64,000 nt of DNA. Origin: an uncultured delta proteobacterium (GTDB lineage Bacteria; Desulfobacterota; Syntrophobacteria; Syntrophobacterales; Syntrophobacteraceae). The stretch is from assembly GCA_963808625.1 (NCBI GenBank), contig CAWEHK010000029.1:32001-96000 (forward strand), given 5' to 3'. The notes under the pieces are model-generated. The model saw nothing but the letters and a program-made list of their open reading frames with translations. It made no database searches and was not told where the DNA came from. Both the position numbers and the translations under genes were made by a program. Below are positions 50,880-60,284 of the stretch, in pieces; the first letter of the stretch is position 1; each line of letters begins with the position of its first letter.

Positions 50880-51323
50880 CCTGGAAGCTCTTTGCATTGC
50901 GATCTTTGCGTTGAGTTTTCCATCCCGGCGGGAGGAAGGATCTTCGGTGTGTTTCCGGCAAGGGTGCGTGAAACGACTGCCAGTTTGGGGGAATAATCGG
51001 CTGGCTATTCCAGGAGCGAGGAGCACATCCGATGAAGGCTGAGTATCCATTAGGAAGGCAACCCCGCTTGCAGTAAGTCTCAGCGATTTTCACCAAATGG
51101 CGTAGGGCCCGTAAGCCGTGCAGCCGCATTTCGGACCATGTGTGGTAAGCTACCGTTGACCTCACTCCATTCTATCCCAATCCCCCACCCTGCAGGAGCT
51201 TTGAAGCTCAACCACACCGAACTGAAGCACCGGACTACAAAGGGTCCACCCGCCCAGCCTGCCGCGGAGTCTTCTTTTTTCGCGGATGCCCGATCCTCTC
51301 ATCCGTCAGGTGCGCAGACCACC

Positions 51324-51950
51324 CAAGAAAGACTCTTCAATGCCCTTGCCGAACACTACCATTTCCTCGGTTAACGCCAGCCACGGCTTTGGCGTGTGAG
51401 AACATCTCAAGCACCTGGTGCTCATCGACCAACGTTCCGTGGCGTGTTTTTGCATCGTTTACTTCTTCATCGGTTCCAACCACGGCGGGGAACACCTTGA
51501 GGATCTCCTTACTCAAAGGATCGCTCAGTTGCCTTCCCCAATCCAGATGTGTGACGCTTTGAGCAGGAATCTGCCTGGCGCCTTCATAACCATTCTCGCA
51601 AACGGTCTCACTCATGCCCGGCGTAACTTCGTCGACACCCTTCCCGCGTTTCCTGAACAGGCCGAGTATCTCATCGACACCCTCGCTCGGGTCTATCATT
51701 TCGATCATCTGGCCAAGTAGCAGAACCTCTCAGCCCAGCAACGGCTAACCTTCCATCAGGAAAACAGCGCTCCCCTTATGCAAGGCCTCAAGTAATGGCC
51801 GGCGCATGGTTAGGGGACCTCTTCATGAGTCCTATTGCCACCAGCAGGCTCATCGGCACCAACCCTCCCCCCTACCGTACTACTCTCTTGCGCCACCTCC
51901 AGAAGATCCTGGAACCTCCGAGTCAGTGGAATCCGTGGAACTACCAATAC
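51324..51950 (+). pseudogene. Internally deleted IS66-family relic with a DUF4338 fragment
   Basis: ERLFNALAEHYHFLG*..EHLKHLVLIDQRSVACF (DUF4338-like) joined to FFIGSNHGGEHL...QMCDALSRN...HARRNF and GDLFMS...WNPWNYQ (IS66 TnpC-like); in-frame stops. Confidence 0.72.
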
Positions 51951-52472
51951 CCCTCGCCGGCTTGCCTTCATAAGCTCATCGCCGTTCTTCAGAGCCGCGA
52001 CGATTTTGGGAGTTGCACATTACCTGGTGGGCGTCTGCCATTGGCGCACCTCGTCAGCCCTGAGCCGTCACCGGCCAGCCATCCCCTGCCCGGATGCATG
52101 AAAACCGCCTGCCACTGGAAAAAACTCGCCCCGCGCCCCGCGCAGCCTTGCCGAAAAGGCATCGCGCAACCCCAGTTTTCGGAGGCATGGTGGCTCAAGC
52201 AATCCATCAAGCGTCAATATGGAACAGCCTGCCCAAACTCAGGAGGCTCAAGATCGGCGATGCCCGGCCCCTTGTGGCAACATTCAACCTTGCCAGCACC
52301 ACAAGCCAAGGGGTTTATAACCTTTGCGAACGGGGGCGTCACCTGATGGCCGAAAGCAGGACAGACTCTGTGACTTCCGCAAGAACGCAGGGAGTAACAC
52401 TCGCCGTGCCGACTTCGTCCCGGTTCGCCCATGCTGCAATTATGCTTGACGTAACGGATAATCTTCCATAGG

Positions 52473-52763
52473 ATGAATTGCCAGATCGTGAACTTCAGAG
52501 ACAAACGAACGCGAGAGTTCGCCGAGGGAAACCGGGTCAGGGCTTTCGCCGGCTTTGAGCGCAAGGCGGAGATGAAGCTCGACCAGCTTGAGGCAGCAAC
52601 ATCGCTGCTCGATCTGGACTTACCCGGCAACCGTCTCGAAGCACTCAAGGGCGACCGCAAGGGCCAATACAGCATCCGCATCAATGATCAATGGCGAATT
52701 TGTTTCGAGTGGCCCAAGGGAACCCCGGGGCCGGTAAATGTTGAAATCATCGATTACCATTGA
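52473..52763 (+). CDS. higB: HigB/RelE-family toxin
   Basis: PGNRLEALKGDRKGQYSIRINDQWRICFEW...VEIIDYH. Confidence 0.92.
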   Translation: MNCQIVNFRDKRTREFAEGNRVRAFAGFERKAEMKLDQLEAATSLLDLDLPGNRLEALKGDRKGQYSIRINDQWRICFEWPKGTPGPVNVEIIDYH

Positions 52764-52771
52764 GGTGCATC

Positions 52772-53060
52772 ATGGGACGCACTGCCATACATCCCGGCGA
52801 ACATCTCGCCGAACAACTTGAAGAGCTGGGCATGAGTGCGGCGGAATTGGCCCGCCAGACTTAACGTGCCAACAAACCGCATAACCTCAATCTTGAATGG
52901 GCAACGCGCCGTAACCGGTGACACAGCCTTGCGCCTGGGACACTTCTTCGGAACCAGTGCGGAATTCTGGATGAACCTGCAAAAGCTCTATGAGCTCCGT
53001 TTAGCCGAGGAGAAATCCGGGAAAGGATCAAAGATTTGCCGACACTTGCCGGACCGATGA
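52772..53060 (+). CDS. higA: HigA antitoxin (frameshifted)
   Basis: MGRTAIHPGEHLAEQLEELGMSAAELA, then after a frameshift LNVPTNRITSILNGQRAVTGDTALRLGHFFGTSAEFWMNLQ. Confidence 0.88.
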
Positions 53061-53223
53061 AGAAAGAGGGCCGTAGTTCACAGCCTCAAACCATGTAAAG
53101 AGATGATCTGGGTGCCTTTATTAAGTGATGGGAAGAGACAGCCGCTAACCCAAGTTTGCTAGTTGTGAAAAAGGTGCTCTGATTTGCATTGTCCTCAGGC
53201 TGTTACATGGTGGGGATTCAATT

Positions 53224-55170
53224 ATGTTCCTGGAAACCATAAAGATTGATGGATACAAAAACTTCGGTGAACCTTTTGATGTGCAGTTCGCCAAGGGGCT
53301 GAACGTTCTTGTTGGAGAGAACGGGGCGGGCAAGAGCGCCATCATTGACGCTCTTCGGCTCATTCTGATGGAGGATGAGTATGGGAGGACAGGTATCAGG
53401 GATACGGATTTCCACCGTCCGTTCACCGCGGCTGCGCTGCCTGCCGAGAGCTTTCGGATTATTGCGGAGTTCACTGGTCTCTCGCCCATGGAACAGGTGG
53501 CCTTCCTACCGTGGACCAATGTCGAGGGCAATGCGAAGCTCACGCTGCTTGTAATTGGCGAAGAGACGAGGTATGGCAGATACAGGAGGGCCTTATGGGG
53601 AGGTGAATCGCGGGCGTCCATGTTTGAGTCTGAACTGTTCGACAAGGTCAACTGCATTTATTTGCCCCCGTTGCGTGACGCTGAAAACAGACTTCGCGAA
53701 GGTAGAGGCTCCCATTTGGCGAGACTCCTAAGGAACCTGAACAAGAAACAGTTAGGTGAAGCTCGTCAAAACAGGACCAAACATCCTCTGGAGGTCGTTG
53801 TTCAAGGATTTAACGAGAATTTGGCCACTGACGAGACACAAACGATCTCGGCTGCAAACAAACTGATCGGTGGGCAATTGAAGGAGGTCTTGGGAGATGT
53901 ATTCGGGCAGGACACATGGATGCAATTCTCAGAGGTCAACTTCAATCGTATCGTCGAAGGGCTAAGATTGCTGTTCTTCCCGCAAGTCGATGCAGGTGGG
54001 AAACGGGATCTCTTCAGAAGCCTACAGGAGAACAGCCTTGGCTACAACAACCTGCTATATGTCGCCACGATTTTGGCAGAACTGACCATTTCGGGCGAGG
54101 ACTTCCTGAGAGTTCTTTTGATAGAGGAACCGGAAGCGCACCTCCATCCCCAATTGCAGATCCGGCTCTTGAAGTATCTTGAGGTGCAGGCACGCAAGGC
54201 TGGCATGCAGGTGATTGTAACAACGCATTCCCCAGTTCTGGCTTCCTCTGCCACACTCGACACGATTATCCATCTTTCAAATAACCGTGCTGGGAAGACG
54301 TTGGCGGTACCTTTGAGGCATTGCGGTCTCTCCGCCGATAGCAAGGCATTCGTCTCACGGTGGTTGGATATAACCAAATCAACGCTGCTCTTCGCGAAAG
54401 GGGTGATTCTGGTTGAGGGCATCGCTGAATCACTCTTGCTCCCTGAGCTCGCCAAGATAGTACTCAATGAAAATAGAACAAAGAGGACGAATCAGGACAA
54501 GAAGCCTCAACTTAACAATGACACAGGTAAAGCAATAGAAGGGGCCAATAAGGATGAACAATTCGACACAGGGTCCCCTGATTCACTTGAAAATCGTGGA
54601 GTCTCGGTCATCAATATGAACGGGATTTATTTCAAACATTTTCAGCAATTGTTCTGTAATTTGGACGGAGGTGGCTACCTCTCGATTCCGGTCCGGTGTG
54701 CGGGAATCACTGATCAAGATCCACCGAAGGAGGTCAACGGGGTTCCATTCAAGCCGACACCATCGCAAAAGGAACCGGGACTGAATCACGCGCTGAAATT
54801 GATCAACGTCGTGAATGGATCTGAGCACGCGAGATTATATTCGAATGATTTGAAGACGTTTGAATACGACCTGGCGATGGAAGGGGGAAACCTGAACGTA
54901 ATGCTTGCGGCAGTAAAAGAGTTGATCCAGACGGATGGTGCCATCAAACGTCAGCTCGAAAAATACATCGAGACGGGTTGGGCTGCCGAAAAGGACGAAG
55001 CCAAGCGAGCCGAGGCGGCCTCCTATCTTTTAGAAAAGATCGAGAAGGACAAGGGGGAGTTCGCCCAGGCCTTGGCGACTATGCTGGCGGGCGACAAAAC
55101 CTCAAGCTTTGCAGTACCCGAATACATTCAAAAGGCTGTTGTCTGGGCGTGCGGAGAGGCGGATGCCTGA
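53224..55170 (+). CDS. OLD-family ATP-dependent nuclease (ABC ATPase + TOPRIM), GajA-like
   Basis: GENGAGKS, LGYNNL, LLIEEPEAHLHPQ, TTHSP; TOPRIM ILVEGIAE and TDQD; TFEYDL. Confidence 0.88.
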   Translation: MFLETIKIDGYKNFGEPFDVQFAKGLNVLVGENGAGKSAIIDALRLILMEDEYGRTGIRDTDFHRPFTAAALPAESFRIIAEFTGLSPMEQVAFLPWTNVEGNAKLTLLVIGEETRYGRYRRALWGGESRASMFESELFDKVNCIYLPPLRDAENRLREGRGSHLARLLRNLNKKQLGEARQNRTKHPLEVVVQGFNENLATDETQTISAANKLIGGQLKEVLGDVFGQDTWMQFSEVNFNRIVEGLRLLFFPQVDAGGKRDLFRSLQENSLGYNNLLYVATILAELTISGEDFLRVLLIEEPEAHLHPQLQIRLLKYLEVQARKAGMQVIVTTHSPVLASSATLDTIIHLSNNRAGKTLAVPLRHCGLSADSKAFVSRWLDITKSTLLFAKGVILVEGIAESLLLPELAKIVLNENRTKRTNQDKKPQLNNDTGKAIEGANKDEQFDTGSPDSLENRGVSVINMNGIYFKHFQQLFCNLDGGGYLSIPVRCAGITDQDPPKEVNGVPFKPTPSQKEPGLNHALKLINVVNGSEHARLYSNDLKTFEYDLAMEGGNLNVMLAAVKELIQTDGAIKRQLEKYIETGWAAEKDEAKRAEAASYLLEKIEKDKGEFAQALATMLAGDKTSSFAVPEYIQKAVVWACGEADA

Positions 55171-57213
55171 TCACTCGGAGGTATTCGAAAAAGTGGCTTC
55201 GATCGTATGCGGCAAACCTGCAGGCATCTCGCATACCGAATGCTTGAAGTCGGTTGGTTCCCACAATCCTCTCTGCAGAGATTACGGTAAATGCCGCCTT
55301 TACGAGAAGACCTGCGAACAGTTTGAATATGTCCTGCATCCGAGAACTGAAAATTCATTCTTGCGGGCTTGCCCGGGCGGCGGCAAGACCGAGGTTATCG
55401 GCATGAAGGCGGCTTATGAGATCCGCCGGTGGGATGTGCTGCACGCGGGTATTGCTGTGCTCACCTTCACCAATAATGCCGCAGACGTAATACTGGAGCG
55501 GGTCACCCAGTTCGCTGGCAACGTGGGGCATCCACACTTCATCGGGACGTTTGATAGTTGGCTGCATGGGTACCTCGCTAATCCTTTTGCCTATATCCTC
55601 ACCGGCTATCTGGGCAAAAAAGGAGACCGAAGCATTAGGATTGTGGCTGCCTCGGATCGTGACGAGTGGCTCAATGCCTACAAATGTAAGACGCCCTTTG
55701 TCAAAAGGAGGAAGCCGAAGAGAGGCAAGAATAGCAAAGTGAACAGCAATGGGGAGTCGCCGCTCAGCATACCCATTTTCGCCAATCACTTCTGGTATGA
55801 CCACGAAACTGACAGGTTCCTCATTAGGAAGCCCTTTGTCGATTCGAGTGACTCCATCGATCACGAGACTTATTTCGCGACAAAAGAGTTCCAGGAGTAT
55901 CTGGCCGACAACGACAAGAAATGGTTGACCATAGACGTGTTAAAGAAGGACTTGGGTGATCGTAAGAAGCTGTTCTGGAAGGATGGTTTTGTGAACTACC
56001 AGGACGTAGAATGCCTGTCCGTGCTGTTGTTGAAGAAGGAGACGCTTCGGTCGCGGCTTTCCCGAAGGTTTCCGCTGGTAATTGTCGACGAATGCCAAGA
56101 CCTCTCTTGGGGGCAGCTGAGAATACTAGAGTTGCTGAAGGAGCAGGGGAGCCGAGTGCATTTGGTGGGAGACCTCAATCAGGCAATTTACGCTTTCAAA
56201 AAGGTTGATCCTTTAAACGTCGAGCGCTTTGTGGCCGAGCCTGGAGTGCACAAGTTGGCTCTACAGCGGAACTTCCGCAGTGTACAACCGATCGTGAACC
56301 TCTGCGGCAAGCTTCTCTACCAAGGTGACGTCACAGGTGAGCCGTGGGTCGGTGATGCACCCGCCTGTGTCTACTTCATCTATGACCCAAGCGACATGTC
56401 GGAGTTGCCGCGCCGATTCGAGACCTATCTGCGGACAAGGTCAATTGATGTGACCAAATCAGCGATTCTGGCGCGAGGGCATGCTACCGTAAACAAGCTC
56501 CGGCCAGCTGCGTCACGCGTAGCACCCAATGATTCCATCACCCTTGCGACAGCAGTGGACCTGTGGAGTTCTGCTGAAATCCAAGCCATAGATGAGTCGA
56601 TGAAATGTATTGGGAAGTTCATTGCCACGAAGTTCTTCCCCAAACAGTCCATTGATTCACGGCATCACTACCGACCCGAGATGGTAGGATCTGCCTTGCA
56701 GTGGCGTCTTTCTCTTGTGCGAGTTTTGGACGAATGTCTCCACAATGGAATTTTTCAGACCTCAGTCAGACTTGGAGCAATTGGGCGAAAATCGTTAGGT
56801 CGAGCTTGAAGCAGATCGTTGCAAGCGTTTTTCAGGGCGATTTGCCCGATGATCACGGACCATTCACGTTTTCCTCATTGCGGGGCAGCTCCGGAACTAC
56901 TGTTATGGAATCTCTCAACACTCCCAGGAAGATCACAAAGCCAGGTATCCGTGTTGCAACAATACATCAAGCAAAAGGCCAAACGTTTGAAGCCGTTATC
57001 ATTGCTGACGCACGACTTTAAAAATCGAGGTCCGGGCATCGATTTTCGAGCAGTTCGGACGCCGTCCCACTGGTTGGCAGATGCAAATTATATAGAGTGT
57101 CAGGCCCCAGGTCATTCCATGGCTCCCGATGCTGAGGTTTTCTGCCGCTCCGAGCATAATTCCCCTTTTCCCCCTGGTTGGGGGCCATTTAGATTATGCT
57201 GACTGCCTGTGTG

Positions 57214-58755
57214 CTATATCAGCCGGAGCTGATATGGGGCAGCAAGGCGTTCCTCGATCCATGCGCGATCCAGCCATGGGCTGGCCATGGTTTGGCGAAC
57301 AAAGGAGATTAGACCTCTAATCCCCGTCTCTTTAACGATTTTGGCAAGCCTCTCCGAGTACCGGGCCATGATGTTGAAAATGTGGCCCAGTTGCATCAGG
57401 TAATGGTATCCTCTCATGGCATTCCAGTTATATGCAAAGCAGTGTTCGTACTGATAACCATGATGTTTCTCTACCAGAAAACCTGTCTCTATGGTCCACC
57501 GAGAGCGGGCGCCCAAATTGCATCGCTCTTGGAGGTTGCTCCTGTTGAGAGGTTCGCTGGATATCCACAGATGCCGACCCTTCTTTTCAACAACCCGTGT
57601 GCCCCCTTTCTCGATCTCCTGCCAGGTCTCTACGCATTCGACCACATGAATGGTCTCGATCTTTTTCCCATTCGGTCCAAAGTCGTACTCGATATCATTC
57701 GCCCATCGAAAATGCTGGTTTCTGTTGCCCCAGGTACGGGTATATCGATGTTTGGGCTCAAGCTCGCTCAGGGCTTCAAATTCACCATGCACGCTCGGTA
57801 AACTCTTGTCCTGCAAAACGATCATGTATTGCCATTTGTGTTCTCGGCAAAACTCCATCACGGGCCCATTGGCGTAAAGACCATCCAAAAAAACCATGAT
57901 CCGCAGAGCAGGAAATGCCTCCTTGAGCCGTCGACCCAGCCGGTAGAATCCCTTTAGCTCACAGTCCTGTTTACTGTCACCGGTATCGCCTGCTGTGAAG
58001 CTCAGAAACTCGCTCATCAAAGGAATGCTCATTCCGTCTCTGAAGGCCAGACTGGCCTGCAAAACGTAAACATAATATTGAACATGTTGAGACTCGTCCT
58101 TCCCAACCGTACGCTGCATACACTCTTCATCCCACAGCCAATCGCGAGACAGCTTCTGCGTACCATCTATCGCTATCGGGTAACAATTCTCGATCAAATA
58201 CCGGCGAAACTTCTTCTGCCTGATCCATTCCCGGATCAGCTCGATCTGCGCGCCCTCGATCTCCCCTACATCAAGCTCCCACAAGAGACGTTTCAGCGTA
58301 TCATGATGGGGGACCTCCTCAAGTTCCGGAAAGATCAGTTTCAGGTTCTCCCAAAACATCGGGCGGGTCATTTCTCTGTTGGCCTCGCGAGACGAGCTCA
58401 TCTGCAATACAAACACCAATATCCCGTAGATCAACAGGACGGTAAGCTTATGCTTCGTCTTTTTGGGGTTTCTGGGCTCCGGAATCTTCGACAGTCGCCC
58501 CAGAAGTACTGGCAACTTGGCGCGAAATACCTTCAATTGCTCCCATACCGCCTCGTTACGCGCGCTATGTTCCTCCCCCACGTCCTGGTATGCACACTTG
58601 TGATTAGCGATCGTTGAGTGCGAGGAACCCTGCAATCCCTTCCCCTTCTGCTCCTCACGCAAGGCCTTCTGGGCTCGCTTCCTCTCTTTCCGGCGCGCTT
58701 TGATCTCTTCCCGATTCGGACGACGGCTGGGTTTGCTCATGGTTTGCCCTCCCAA
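57214..58755 (-). CDS. DDE transposase (ISAs1/ISNCY-like)
   Basis: IPEPRNPKK, PHHDTL, IAIDGTQ, KQDCE, LDGLYAN, ARSRWTIETGF. Confidence 0.85.
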   Translation of the reverse strand: MGGQTMSKPSRRPNREEIKARRKERKRAQKALREEQKGKGLQGSSHSTIANHKCAYQDVGEEHSARNEAVWEQLKVFRAKLPVLLGRLSKIPEPRNPKKTKHKLTVLLIYGILVFVLQMSSSREANREMTRPMFWENLKLIFPELEEVPHHDTLKRLLWELDVGEIEGAQIELIREWIRQKKFRRYLIENCYPIAIDGTQKLSRDWLWDEECMQRTVGKDESQHVQYYVYVLQASLAFRDGMSIPLMSEFLSFTAGDTGDSKQDCELKGFYRLGRRLKEAFPALRIMVFLDGLYANGPVMEFCREHKWQYMIVLQDKSLPSVHGEFEALSELEPKHRYTRTWGNRNQHFRWANDIEYDFGPNGKKIETIHVVECVETWQEIEKGGTRVVEKKGRHLWISSEPLNRSNLQERCNLGARSRWTIETGFLVEKHHGYQYEHCFAYNWNAMRGYHYLMQLGHIFNIMARYSERLAKIVKETGIRGLISFVRQTMASPWLDRAWIEERLAAPYQLRLI

Positions 58756-58762
58756 CCGTTAG

Positions 58763-59665
58763 CTATGAACATAGAACCGTGCGGAAATCGTCAACAAGTG
58801 GCTTAACAAAGATCTTCTTGGGACTCGTTGTGTAGCTCTTGCCCTTGCGGATAAGCCCTTCCCCGGTTGTCATCCCAACATATTGCCAGTTTGCCGCCCG
58901 GTAACATGTCCCAGCATAGTACTGAGGATCTACAAACGTCTCCACCAATACCGGGCGATAACTCCACCTCTCCTCCCAATCCGCCCTTATCCGCCTTATG
59001 GCCTGACCCAATACGTGACTTGCCAAATATTTAACCTTCACCCATGGAAAAATCACAAATCGCGTATTGTTCACTACCCAGCCAAGATTCCTTAGTCGCG
59101 TGCTTGCGCTCCAACCGATCCAACGATCCCGCTCTCCTAATGACTTCGCGGCTCCAGCAAACAACAGACAGCCCAACCTACCACGCTCGCTCTCTACAAA
59201 ATACCGGGCAAAACAACCAAATGGCCGCTTGTAACCAAGGTAGTGGTACCGGTTCACATATTCATTCCAAAGCTCCGTCTCCTGCCTTTCTCTTACCACC
59301 TCCAGGCGAACACGTCCCACCTCTCTGATACCACCTTCTATCGCTGGCTGGAGCCCTGTCCTCTCCGTCAAACACGGCTTCCTCGATCCCTTCCGTGAAC
59401 TTACCTGCTTTGAAGGCACCTTCAAAAAACCCTGCGATTCCAGTCTTTCCAAAAGCTTCAAGCAGGCATTGGCCTTGGGACTCCCGGAGGCACTATGCCA
59501 TCCTAAATGCTCACATATCGTCACTAACAGTTCTTCACGACTCAACCTCCAAAACGTCGCAACCGTCTCACTGATTTCCTCTATCTCTCTAATGCTGATT
59601 TCCCGTCCGCACTGGATCAATTGACTCCCTTGCCGCTGATGCATAGCGCTATTCCTCCTGTTCAA
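58763..59665 (-). CDS. DUF4338 (DruA-like domain) protein
   Basis: LWNEYVNRYHYLGY, RDRWIGW, VVNNTRFVIFPWV...LASHVL, PVLVETFVD, GTCYRAANW. Confidence 0.88.
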   Translation of the reverse strand: MNRRNSAMHQRQGSQLIQCGREISIREIEEISETVATFWRLSREELLVTICEHLGWHSASGSPKANACLKLLERLESQGFLKVPSKQVSSRKGSRKPCLTERTGLQPAIEGGIREVGRVRLEVVRERQETELWNEYVNRYHYLGYKRPFGCFARYFVESERGRLGCLLFAGAAKSLGERDRWIGWSASTRLRNLGWVVNNTRFVIFPWVKVKYLASHVLGQAIRRIRADWEERWSYRPVLVETFVDPQYYAGTCYRAANWQYVGMTTGEGLIRKGKSYTTSPKKIFVKPLVDDFRTVLCS

Positions 59666-60284
59666 CCCGGAATCGTTCCACGCTATACTATCAAAGGGCG
59701 CTTCTCGTGTCTACTCCTTTGTTGCGACAAATTATTTCTCTTCATCCCTCCAAAACCATATCTCACCGCAATGCGCTGACTTGTGCGTCAGCACTGAGCC
59801 GTTATGCTCGTGTCCTCACCTACTAAACAGGGAGACGGAGCTCACTGGCGTCACTGGATTGATAAAACGAGCGGTGACGGGGAGCATACCCGATTCGCAT
59901 ATGTAGCGAGTTCCCGGCCGCGAGGACTACTGGCTTGGGCAATACCGAAAGGCGATGAAGGGGCCATCGCAGTCATAGAACATCTAGGCTTTGTTCCCGG
60001 TCCCAAGGTGAACCATGTAGACGTTTTTCAGCAGGCGACATAAGGATGCCATCCGAGATAAGAAGTTCCCTTTGACATTTTTCAAGGACTGCTGAATTTC
60101 GGATGAACCTTCAAAACATATATGATCCCAGGATTGCTGAAATAGTCAGCCGAGAAAGGGACTCCCTCGATGTTCAGGTGAATGACCCTTGATGGGCCGA
60201 AGCATTACGATCTGGACACATGAGCCAGCAACTCGGATTTTGATTGATGTTATTGGGTTTTGCCTCTGTCGGGATAGAGAAGCC

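Larger units (their letters stand above)
57000..59796 (-). mobile_element. 2,797-bp insertion sequence carrying two genes
   Basis: TIRs cattgctgacgcacga / ttgtgcgtcagcactg (14/16 match); 9-bp direct repeat agccgttat at 56991-56999 and 59797-59805. Confidence 0.93.
55163..60043 (+). pseudogene. UvrD-like SF1 helicase, GajB-like, split by an IS at 57000-59796 (additional frameshift near 56750)
   Basis: ACPGGGKT, LTFTNNAA, IVDECQD, VGDLNQAIY, NFRS, TIHQAKGQTFEAV | MLVSS...RFAYVASSR. Start overlaps the OLD nuclease stop. Confidence 0.88.

Noticed and set aside
51073..52024. Exact IS66 termini (gtaag... / ...ttac)
   Set aside because: Several candidate ends exist, but none gave a convincing TIR pair with a target duplication.
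58763..59665. A Druantia system
   Set aside because: No DruE-like helicase or other dru genes were recognised, and the gene lies within IS boundaries.
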